Below are positions 1 to 8,247 of a stretch of DNA of 64,000 nucleotides, piece by piece. The DNA is taken from the NCBI GenBank assembly GCA_949300345.1, contig CASGDR010000001.1:131835-195834 (forward strand). The letters are read 5' to 3'. Within the stretch, counting starts at the first letter, position 1. Every line of letters begins with the position of its first letter. Under the pieces are notes generated by a model, which saw nothing but the letters and a program-made list of their open reading frames with translations, made no database searches and was not told the origin of the DNA. Source of the stretch: an uncultured bacterium (GTDB taxonomy: Bacteria; Bacillota_I; Bacilli_A; RFN20; CAG-826). Both the position numbers and the translations under genes were made by a program.

Positions 1-356
1 TAGGCATAGACATCCGCCCTAGCGATATATAGCCCGTCATTCAAATTGAAGGTCAGACTGCCTTCACCGTTGCTAGTTCCGATGCGGGCGGCATAGGTCA
101 AATCATTTTCGTTATCGGGACTAGCATAACTCGATGAAGATTCAATGGAGGCGATAGCCAAAGTAGTGCTGAATCTCTCAAATTTGACAGAACCGCCAGA
201 GGAATACTGCTGGTATCCGAAATAGATTTCCGCACAGGTTTTGGCGGGCTCGTTCACCCCTTGGGCGAGGGGACCGCTGGAAAATACGACCGCCCCGGTC
301 GTGATGGCGGAAACGGCCCCCAGGATCGCCATGATGAAACCAACCCGTCTTTTCAT
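1..356 (-). CDS. Partial CDS: N-terminus of a secreted protein; the gene continues beyond the window start
   Basis: Minus-strand ATG at 356 with no stop before the window edge. Hand translation begins MKRRVGFIMAILGAVSAITTGAVVFSSGPLAQG, a hydrophobic signal-peptide-like N-terminus. The gene is not in the ORF track because it is truncated. Confidence 0.3.
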   Translation of the reverse strand, partial: MKRRVGFIMAILGAVSAITTGAVVFSSGPLAQGVNEPAKTCAEIYFGYQQYSSGGSVKFERFSTTLAIASIESSSSYASPDNENDLTYAARIGTSNGEGSLTFNLNDGLYIARADVYA

Positions 357-398
357 GCTTAACAATTCTACACCAAAAGCCTTAACTAGCCCAAAAGA

Positions 399-1526
399 CT
401 AGACATTGGTCCTGATTCCGCTACGGTAGGTCGATTCGACGATGCCAGAGCCGATCATCCTTTCGCCGATGTAGAAAACGGCAAACTGGCCTGGCGTCAC
501 CGTCTTGGCGGGTTCAAGGCATCTGAGCACGGCTTTGGCACCATCCACATGCAGGGTACAAGGGACATCCTGGCTGCGGTAGCGGAATTTCACCCCTACC
601 TTGGTTCCTTCTTCATAGGTTCCGCCAATAAGGTTGAGGGTATCGACATGGACCTCATCGCTATAGAGGATGGAGTCGTCCTCGTTGGCCACATATAGCA
701 CATTGTTGGGCACATCCTTTTTGGCCACGAACCAGGAAAGGCTCCCCTTGTCCTTGATGCCTCCGATACCTAGGCCGTGCCGCTGCCCGATCGTGTAATA
801 CAGGGTACCGATATGTTCCCCTAGCTTTTCGTCGGTATATAGGTCGCGGATATCCCCCTTTTTGGCTGGGAAATAGTTTTGCAAAAACTGCCGGAAGTTC
901 CTCTCGCCGATGAAGCAGACCCCAGTGGAGTCCTTCTTGTCCATGACCGAGGAAAGGCCGAGCTCATGGGCGATTTTCCTAACTTCGGTCTTTTCGATGT
1001 CCCCTAGGGGGAAGAGACAGGAAGCAATCTGCTTCTCATTTAGCTGGCAAAGGAAGTAGGACTGATCCTTGGATTTGTCCTTGGCCTTATAGATATAATC
1101 GATGCCCTCATAGTTTTCCTTTTTGGCATAATGGCCCATCGCGATGGTTTCAAAGCCCTTGGAGCGGGCAAATTCAAGGAAGGAATCGAACTTGATGAAC
1201 TTGTTGCAGTAGACATCGGGATTGGGGGTCCTGCCCCTGGAGTATTCGGAAAGGAAATATTCGAAGACCTTGTCCCAATACTCCTTCACGAAGTCGACCC
1301 TCAGCAAAGGAATGCCGAGCTTATCGGCGGCTTCCCTAGCGTCATCGTAATCCTTCTCCTGAGGGCATTGGCCATCATTCAAGGTGGGATTGCCTAGATA
1401 ATCATTGTTGGCCAGTGCATCCCAGTTACGCATGAAAGCCCCGGTCACCTCGTGGCCCTGCTGTTTGAGCAGATAGGCAGCAACCGCCGAATCCACCCCG
1501 CCGGAGAAACCGATAAGCACCTTCAC
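399..1526 (-). CDS. mnmA: tRNA-specific 2-thiouridylase MnmA
   Basis: 375 aa. N-terminal PP-loop SGGVDSAV with conserved MnmA-like architecture. Confidence 0.9.
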   Translation of the reverse strand: MKVLIGFSGGVDSAVAAYLLKQQGHEVTGAFMRNWDALANNDYLGNPTLNDGQCPQEKDYDDAREAADKLGIPLLRVDFVKEYWDKVFEYFLSEYSRGRTPNPDVYCNKFIKFDSFLEFARSKGFETIAMGHYAKKENYEGIDYIYKAKDKSKDQSYFLCQLNEKQIASCLFPLGDIEKTEVRKIAHELGLSSVMDKKDSTGVCFIGERNFRQFLQNYFPAKKGDIRDLYTDEKLGEHIGTLYYTIGQRHGLGIGGIKDKGSLSWFVAKKDVPNNVLYVANEDDSILYSDEVHVDTLNLIGGTYEEGTKVGVKFRYRSQDVPCTLHVDGAKAVLRCLEPAKTVTPGQFAVFYIGERMIGSGIVESTYRSGIRTNV

Positions 1527-1975
1527 TTGAAAAGCTCCTTGGAATCCAAAACCAGCGTAAAAGGCCCTTCGTTTATCAGATTTACGTGCATATCCGCCCC
1601 GAAAATCCCCTCTTTTACCTCATAGCCGAACTTACTTATCTCTTGGTTGAAACGGTGATAGAGTTCCTCGCTTAGAGGCGGCCGCATGGCCTTGATGAAA
1701 CTGGGCCTATTGCCATTGGAGGCATCCGCCAAAAGGGTGAATTGGCTGATCGAGAGGATGCTTCCACCTACTTGGATAAGCGAGAGGTTGGTCTTTCCGT
1801 TTTCGTCTTCGAAGACCCTGAGCCCGGCCACTTTTGCTGCCATCTTCAGAACGGTTTCCTCGTCGTCTTTTTCCTCTAGTCCGACCAAAAGCAAATATCC
1901 CTTCCCTATGGAAGAGACAAGGGCCCCATCAACGGAAACGGAGGCGGAGGCTACCCGCTGGAGGACGACTTTCAT
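1523..1975 (-). CDS. dtd: D-aminoacyl-tRNA deacylase
   Basis: 150 aa starting MKVVLQRV with an SQFTL motif, typical Dtd. The stop overlaps the mnmA start by 4 nt. Confidence 0.85.
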   Translation of the reverse strand: MKVVLQRVASASVSVDGALVSSIGKGYLLLVGLEEKDDEETVLKMAAKVAGLRVFEDENGKTNLSLIQVGGSILSISQFTLLADASNGNRPSFIKAMRPPLSEELYHRFNQEISKFGYEVKEGIFGADMHVNLINEGPFTLVLDSKELFK

Positions 1976-1976
1976 C

Positions 1977-3272
1977 TTATTTGATATAGCCGCGGATAAG
2001 GGGCAGCTCGTCAGGCTTTTCTTTCAAGATTTTGAAGGCATGGAGGATGTTTTCCTTTTCCTCGATGGGCTTGCTGCTATGGGCGGTGGCCAAGACTTCG
2101 CCTTTTTCGACCTTGTCGCCGACTTTCTTGGCTAATACGATGCCGGCGGTCGGGTCGATAACATCCTCAAGGGTAGCCCGGCCGGCTCCTAATCTCATCG
2201 CGGATAGGCCGATGCCTAAGGAATCGATATGTCCCACATATCCGGATTCCTCGGCTTTTATTTCCTCAATATAGGGAGCAAGCGGGAATTTGCTTAAGTC
2301 TTCAAGGTAGGAGACATCTCCGCCTTGGGCCTTGAACATGGCTAATAGCTTCTGATATCCGCTTCCGTCATCGATGGCCTTTTTGATCCTCTGCTCCCCT
2401 TCTTCTTCGCTAGAGACGATCTTGGCCTGAAGCAGCATGATGCCGCCGGCCCTTGTGACCAGTTCTACCAAGTCCTTGGGGCCACGTCCCTTCAGAGTCT
2501 CTACGGCTTCCTTGACTTCGAGGATATTTCCTACGGCAAAGCCCAAGGGCTCTTCCATGCCGGAGATAATGGCCCGGGTATCGCGGCCCAGCCTATCGCC
2601 GATGGCCACCATTTCCTTGGCCAGATCCCTAGCAGATTCGAAGGTCTTCATAAAAGCCCCGGCCCCGTATTTGACGTCTAGCAATATGGCGTCGCTGCCG
2701 GAGGCCAGCTTCTTGGACATGACGCTGGAAGCGATGAGGGGGATGGATTCGACCGTCCCGGTCACATCGCGCAGGGCATAGAGTTTTTTGTCGGCCGGAT
2801 CGATGGATTTGGTCTGCCCGATGATGGCGATTCCAATGTCGTTGACCTGATGGATGAATTCCTCGGTGCTTAGGGCAATGCGGGTCCCAGGGACCGACTC
2901 CATCTTGTCTAGGGTGCCTCCGGTATGTCCAAGCCCCCTACCCGACATCTTGGCCAAGACCCCGCCGGAAGCCACGACCAAAGGTCCAAGGACCAAGGAG
3001 GTCTTGTCACCGACCCCGCCGGTGGAATGCTTGTCGCACTTGATGCCCCTTATTTGGCTAAGGTCGATGGTGTCCCCGCTATGGAGCATGCAGTCGGTAA
3101 GATAGGATGTTTCCTCGCTATCCATGCCCCTGAAGAGGATAGCCATCAGCAAGGCGCTGGCCTGGTAATCGGGCACCGAACCCTCTGTTATCCCCCTGAC
3201 GAAAAAAGCAATCTGCTCCCGCGTTAAGGCCAGCCCGTCGCGCTTGGCCTCGATGATGTCGACCATTCTCAT
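1977..3272 (-). CDS. pdp: Pyrimidine-nucleoside (thymidine) phosphorylase
   Basis: The ORF spans 1977..3356, but the canonical start MRMVDIIEAKRDG lies at the internal Met (ATG at 3272). The SGRGLGHTGGTLDK phosphate-binding motif is present. Confidence 0.85.
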   Translation of the reverse strand: MRMVDIIEAKRDGLALTREQIAFFVRGITEGSVPDYQASALLMAILFRGMDSEETSYLTDCMLHSGDTIDLSQIRGIKCDKHSTGGVGDKTSLVLGPLVVASGGVLAKMSGRGLGHTGGTLDKMESVPGTRIALSTEEFIHQVNDIGIAIIGQTKSIDPADKKLYALRDVTGTVESIPLIASSVMSKKLASGSDAILLDVKYGAGAFMKTFESARDLAKEMVAIGDRLGRDTRAIISGMEEPLGFAVGNILEVKEAVETLKGRGPKDLVELVTRAGGIMLLQAKIVSSEEEGEQRIKKAIDDGSGYQKLLAMFKAQGGDVSYLEDLSKFPLAPYIEEIKAEESGYVGHIDSLGIGLSAMRLGAGRATLEDVIDPTAGIVLAKKVGDKVEKGEVLATAHSSKPIEEKENILHAFKILKEKPDELPLIRGYIK

Positions 3273-3374
3273 GTGCCCATTATGGGCCATCCGGAGGGAT
3301 ATTTGAATAAGAAGGTCCGGCGCAGGCAATTTTGATTTGGACATTTTGCAAAGCAAACAAAACTCCTATAATAC

Positions 3375-4691
3375 TTGCGCATGGAACTCAGGGATACTTT
3401 GCCCAAAAGCCTAAGCGAGGAGTCCAAAGGCGCCCTCGAGGAAGCCCTCAGGGGAAGCGAAGCGACCCACGCCCTGCTCCTTAATACCGAAAAGATCTCG
3501 GACGCTTTGTTCTTTTCGCGCTATCCCCATATCAGAAAGCACCCCTATGTAGAGCACGCCTACCTCTACGACAAAAACGAATATCCCTTTGGAAAATCCA
3601 TCTATTACGAAAACGGCGCCATCTCCATCGAAGACGGGGCCGCGATGATGGTCAATTATTTCCTGAAGCCCGAAAAGGATGACATCATCCTCGATATCTG
3701 CGCCGCCCCGGGCGGCAAGTCCATCGGGGCCTCCTTGATGATGGAGGACAAGGGCTGCATCATCGCCAACGACATCTCCTATCCTAGGGCCAAAGCATTA
3801 AGCCAAAACATCGAAAGGATGGGGCGGGGCAACATCATCGCCGCTTCCACCGACTTTGTCTTCAGCCACGTCCATTTTGCCGAGATGTTCGACAAGATCT
3901 TGGTCGATGCCCCCTGCTCGGGTTCGGCCATGTTCAGGAAAGACCACCTCTCCCTTCAGGACTGGAGGGCCGAGAAGGTCAAGGCCAACGCCAAGAGGCA
4001 AAAAGACCTGCTGGAACTGGCCTATGGGATGCTTAAGCCCGGAGGAGTCCTGGCCTATTCGACCTGCTCCTTCTCATATGACGAAAACGAAGGGCAGATG
4101 CTTGCTTTCAAAGAAAGGCATCCGGAAATCGAATTCGTCAATTTGCCCGAGGACGAGGGACTCCACCATAACGAAGAACTCCCCCAGTCGGTGACCCTAT
4201 ATCCCCATGAATTTCTGTGGGGCGAGGGACAGTTCATCTGCCTATTCAAAAAACCCGGGGAACTCATCAAGACCCCACGCAAGGTCAAGGATGCCGACAA
4301 GTTCACCGAGAAGTATAAGGACTTCCTGGGGCAATACGGCCTATCCGAGCGCTCCAACGAGACGATGCGCAACAAGTTCTATTCGATTTACCAGCACTTC
4401 GATACCAGCCACCTGAATCTGCTCCGCTATGGGGTCAAGCTCTTTGAGATGCGCCCCATCTATATCCCCGACCACCATCTGGCCCACTTCCTCGACGATT
4501 CCTATTCCATCGCCGTCAAAGAAAGCGACATGAAGGCCTATATCAACGGGGAAACCTTCCCGTTAGACCTTCCCGATGGCTTCTATATCATCAGCTTCGA
4601 CCACATGAACCTCGGCTTTGTGAAGGTCACCAACGGGGTAGCCAAAAACCACTACCCCAAAGGGCTTAGGAAAAAGATCGAACTCTTCTAG
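3375..4691 (+). CDS. NOL1/NOP2/Sun-family rRNA (cytosine-C5) methyltransferase (RsmF/RsmB-like)
   Basis: 438 aa. SAM motif DICAAPGGKS and catalytic-cysteine motifs DAPCSGSAMFRKD and TCS are present. Confidence 0.8.
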   Translation: MRMELRDTLPKSLSEESKGALEEALRGSEATHALLLNTEKISDALFFSRYPHIRKHPYVEHAYLYDKNEYPFGKSIYYENGAISIEDGAAMMVNYFLKPEKDDIILDICAAPGGKSIGASLMMEDKGCIIANDISYPRAKALSQNIERMGRGNIIAASTDFVFSHVHFAEMFDKILVDAPCSGSAMFRKDHLSLQDWRAEKVKANAKRQKDLLELAYGMLKPGGVLAYSTCSFSYDENEGQMLAFKERHPEIEFVNLPEDEGLHHNEELPQSVTLYPHEFLWGEGQFICLFKKPGELIKTPRKVKDADKFTEKYKDFLGQYGLSERSNETMRNKFYSIYQHFDTSHLNLLRYGVKLFEMRPIYIPDHHLAHFLDDSYSIAVKESDMKAYINGETFPLDLPDGFYIISFDHMNLGFVKVTNGVAKNHYPKGLRKKIELF

Positions 4692-5479
4692 CCGTGGATA
4701 TAAGGCTTGGGTAGCTTCCTTAGGGAAGCTTTTTCTTTGCCTTCCTTAAAGAAGGCCTCGTCATAGGCAATCTGCAGGTTGACCTCGTCCTGGATCAGTT
4801 TGGAGCAGGTGGCGGCCAATTCGGTGGAACCGGCTTCGAATCCTTGCTCGGGCAAGACGGAAATGGAGATGGGAATGCGCTTGGGGTTGGGCTTTTTGGC
4901 TAGAACCCTGAAAGTCCCGTATTGGGCCATGGGCACCACGTTGACCTTGGCCCAGTTGGCCGGCTTGAAGCTACCGGCATGGAATTCTAGCAAGGGAGCC
5001 TTCGGGTCCTTGTTGCGAGTCCCCTCGGGGAAGATGCAATAAGAGAGGTCCCCGACTTTGAGGCGGTCGGCGCATTGCTTGAGGCAAACGGCCGATTGCT
5101 TAAGATCGGCCCTATCCATGAAGATACCGTCGATGGCCCTTACGCATTTGCCGATGACCGGAAACTTGTAGACTTCCTTCTTGGCAATGAAGGAAATGGG
5201 CTTTTCGGACATGTAGATGATGATGAGGGGGTCCATGTCGCTGAGGTGGTTGGATACCAATAGGAAGGAGCCCTTGCGGTTTCTGAAATCCTCAAGCCCC
5301 TTCTGCTTGATGTCCATGCGCATGCGGGCCATTACATAGCAGACAAGGTCACGCACCCTCTTGTAGCGGACTTCCAGCGGATATTTTTCCGGGTGCCTGG
5401 CATAGCGGTTTAGATAGAAAAGAAGATCAAAGACGATCCTAGGGACCACTCTGAAGATATAACGTAGGTACTTAAGCAT
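4688..5479 (-). CDS. plsC: 1-acyl-sn-glycerol-3-phosphate acyltransferase
   Basis: 263 aa with LPLAT-family motifs HLSDMD (an HxxxxD variant), FIAKKEV and PEGTR. Confidence 0.75.
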   Translation of the reverse strand: MLKYLRYIFRVVPRIVFDLLFYLNRYARHPEKYPLEVRYKRVRDLVCYVMARMRMDIKQKGLEDFRNRKGSFLLVSNHLSDMDPLIIIYMSEKPISFIAKKEVYKFPVIGKCVRAIDGIFMDRADLKQSAVCLKQCADRLKVGDLSYCIFPEGTRNKDPKAPLLEFHAGSFKPANWAKVNVVPMAQYGTFRVLAKKPNPKRIPISISVLPEQGFEAGSTELAATCSKLIQDEVNLQIAYDEAFFKEGKEKASLRKLPKPYIHG

Positions 5480-5514
5480 CTTAGAAAGTCTAGCACATGG
5501 CTAGGACTTTGGTA

Positions 5515-5799
5515 TCAGACTCTCACCGTGCCTTCGGGTACAAGCAGTATTTCGTCGAGTTCGGCAATGATGATCACGCCGTATTTTTCATCCCCTTCGA
5601 TGCGGCCTTTGAGGGTGACATAGGAGCCGACCTTGGCCCTCATGAAGATGGATTTGGACCCCGACATCGTACGAACGGGGAAACGGTCGGTCTCATAGTA
5701 TCCAGAGGGTCCGGGAATCACGCGGTCGACTTCGACGATCCGCATCTTTTCCCCGATGACCTCCCCCAGTCTTCCGGACATGAAAATGGAACTAAGCAT
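5515..5799 (-). CDS. Hypothetical small protein (94 aa)
   Basis: ORF lying between plsC and pulA. I recognise no motif in it. Confidence 0.3.
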   Translation of the reverse strand: MLSSIFMSGRLGEVIGEKMRIVEVDRVIPGPSGYYETDRFPVRTMSGSKSIFMRAKVGSYVTLKGRIEGDEKYGVIIIAELDEILLVPEGTVRV

Positions 5800-5839
5800 G
5801 TACTCTCCTTCTGCCCAATTCGGGCCAAACCCAAGGGTG

Positions 5840-7933
5840 CTAAAGCGAGAGGAATGCGAATCCGAACCCGCAGAGCGTTACCTGGCTACCCTCTAGCCTA
5901 ATGGACTCATCGCTGGATAACAAGACCCTCGGGGCTTGGGGGAAATCGATGCTGACGGGAATCCTTTGGGGATTGAATAAGGCCACGTTTTCCTTTTCCG
6001 GAGCCGTGAGATTGGAATCGGAGTTGTATAAAAGGATGGCGCCCTTTTGGTCGACGACCTCGAAAATGCGATAGATGAGGCTAGGATCATAGACCCTGAG
6101 CATCCGCCGATTTCTGCGCAAAGCCACCGCCTTTTTGGCGAATTCGACCATGTGATAACGCTCATCGAGCAGATCATAGTCGAACTGGTTGTAGGAGTCG
6201 GGAAGGTTATAGGTATTATCCTCCCCTTTCTTGGTGCCTCCGATTTCCTGCCCGGCATGGATAAATGGTATGCCTAGTCCGAACAGGGTGAAGGAAAGGC
6301 CCAGTTCGACGAGCTTGAGGATGTCTTCGTGTGAGAGGTCTCCCCTGAAACGGTTCAGATAATCATAGAAGGTGCCGTTATCGTGACACTCGACATAATT
6401 GATCGACCTCAGGGCCGTGTCGAACATCGGGGGCCGGTTGTAGTCGACGCAGGAACCAAGCAAGGCAAACATCGCCGCCGGGCGCTTGGAATCATCCCCA
6501 AAGCAAAGGCCTTTGATGGATTCGCGGAAGAAATCGTTGAAGAAGCCATATTCGGGAAGCAAGGCGTAGTTGCCCATGGTCCCAAGCGGGAAGTCAACCT
6601 CCCCGCCCATGTTCCAACCCTCGCCATAAGCGATGAAGTCCTTCTTGAGCTTCTTGGCCTTGCGGTAGATTTCATTGAGGGTCTCGCAGTCAATGATGCC
6701 CATGAGGTCGAACCTGAAGCCGTCGACCCCATAGTGTTCGATCCAGTGGAGGGCACTGTCGACGATGAGGCGCCTGACCATCGGGCGTTCGGAAGCCAGA
6801 TCGTCCCCGCAGCCGGAGGTGTTGGCCATCCTGCCATTGGGGCGGTGGCGGAAATAATAGCCGGGCACGATCTTCTCATAGACCGATCCTTCATAGGAGT
6901 GGACATGGTTATAGACCACGTCCATGACCACCCTGATGCCCTCCTTATGCAAGGCATCGACCATGGCGATGCATTCCTTGATGCGCGATAGCGGGTCTTC
7001 GGGGTCGGTGGCATAGCTGCCTTCCGGAACGAAGTATTGGGCCGGGTCATAGCCCCAGTTATAGGAATCCAGAGGGTGGAGTTCGTCCACCGTCTCGAAA
7101 TCGTACATCGGTAGGATCTGCAGGTGGGTAATGCCTAGTTCCTTGAGGTAGTCCAAGCCGGCCGGATGGCCCTTCTTGGTCTTCCTTCCCCTTTCGGTCA
7201 GACCTAGGTATTTGCCCTTGTGCTTGATGTCGGTGGAAGGATGGATGGTGAAATCGCGGACCGAGGTCTCATAGATGACCGCATCGGAATTGGCGTTGAG
7301 CACCGGCAGGCACTCATAGTGCTTCGGCGGGGTGATTTTGCTAAAGTCGACGACCACGGATTCCTTGCCATTGGCACTTGAGGCCAAAGCATAGGGGTCG
7401 ACGCAGACGGAAGTCGAGCCCGAATTGGTGACCAGATAGTTATATAGATAGCCCTGGACATTGCCCTCGACTTCGAGTTCATAGACCCCGACCGAAAGGC
7501 GGGACATCGGATAATAGGTCCAGTTTCCGCTCCCTGGCTTTCTCAGGCGCAAGACTACGCCGGAGGCTAAGGGGGCATAGACCCTGAAGGTCGTCTTCTT
7601 GCCTTTATAGATGGCCCCTAGTTCCCCTTCATAGACATAGCGCTTATCGAAATCCTTGAAGGTGACGGCCTCGTTTACGTCAAGGGGTATGCGGCCCAGT
7701 CCCGGGATTTCGATGAAATAGGGATAGCCGAGTTCCAAGGGCTTTTCCAAAGAGAGCTCATAGACCGAGAGGTTGCTCGTGGAGGTCAAGCGCAAAACGC
7801 TAAGAGGATGCCTGATGGAGGTCCCGTCGATGACCAGGCTGGGCTTTACCGGGCCCAGCGGGCTATCGTAGAACATGGTCAGACGGATTTGGTCGTAGTC
7901 GATCAGTTTGGCAACGATGATGGTGTCTTTCAT
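5840..7933 (-). CDS. pulA: Type I pullulanase (GH13), cytoplasmic
   Basis: 697 aa with no signal peptide. GH13 and pullulanase motifs YNWGYDP, GFRFDLMG and YVECHDN are present. Confidence 0.85.
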   Translation of the reverse strand: MKDTIIVAKLIDYDQIRLTMFYDSPLGPVKPSLVIDGTSIRHPLSVLRLTSTSNLSVYELSLEKPLELGYPYFIEIPGLGRIPLDVNEAVTFKDFDKRYVYEGELGAIYKGKKTTFRVYAPLASGVVLRLRKPGSGNWTYYPMSRLSVGVYELEVEGNVQGYLYNYLVTNSGSTSVCVDPYALASSANGKESVVVDFSKITPPKHYECLPVLNANSDAVIYETSVRDFTIHPSTDIKHKGKYLGLTERGRKTKKGHPAGLDYLKELGITHLQILPMYDFETVDELHPLDSYNWGYDPAQYFVPEGSYATDPEDPLSRIKECIAMVDALHKEGIRVVMDVVYNHVHSYEGSVYEKIVPGYYFRHRPNGRMANTSGCGDDLASERPMVRRLIVDSALHWIEHYGVDGFRFDLMGIIDCETLNEIYRKAKKLKKDFIAYGEGWNMGGEVDFPLGTMGNYALLPEYGFFNDFFRESIKGLCFGDDSKRPAAMFALLGSCVDYNRPPMFDTALRSINYVECHDNGTFYDYLNRFRGDLSHEDILKLVELGLSFTLFGLGIPFIHAGQEIGGTKKGEDNTYNLPDSYNQFDYDLLDERYHMVEFAKKAVALRRNRRMLRVYDPSLIYRIFEVVDQKGAILLYNSDSNLTAPEKENVALFNPQRIPVSIDFPQAPRVLLSSDESIRLEGSQVTLCGFGFAFLSL

Positions 7934-8247
7934 ATGATTACCGTGGCGATGGCGTAGTCCCCGTCGTGGGCGATGGAGACCTCATATCGCTTCCCTTCGT
8001 AGATTAGAGTCGGAGACCCGTCTTCAAGATAGAGGATCTCGATTTGGTCAAGCGGGGCTAGCCCGAGGCCTTTCTTCATGGCCTTCATGAAGGCTTCCTT
8101 GGCGGCGAAGCGGCCGGCTAGGAATTCCTTCTTGTCCTTGCGCCGGTCGTATATCTCCCTCTCCTTGGAAGAGAGGATTTTCCCGACGAAGGCTTCGTCA
8201 AGCCGCATCCTGGGGATATAGACGATGTCGGTACCAAGCCTAGGCAT
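7930..8247 (-). CDS. acpS: Holo-[acyl-carrier-protein] synthase (4'-phosphopantetheinyl transferase)
   Basis: 105 aa with an N-terminal GTDIVYIPR motif. It overlaps pulA by 4 nt. Confidence 0.8.
   Translation of the reverse strand: MPRLGTDIVYIPRMRLDEAFVGKILSSKEREIYDRRKDKKEFLAGRFAAKEAFMKAMKKGLGLAPLDQIEILYLEDGSPTLIYEGKRYEVSIAHDGDYAIATVII

Noticed and set aside
6409-7050. 213 aa minus-strand ORF (and 6383..6991 plus) inside pulA
   Set aside because: It overlaps pulA, which has clear GH13 motifs. The translation is Ser/Thr/Pro/Arg-rich with no motifs. It is a shadow ORF.
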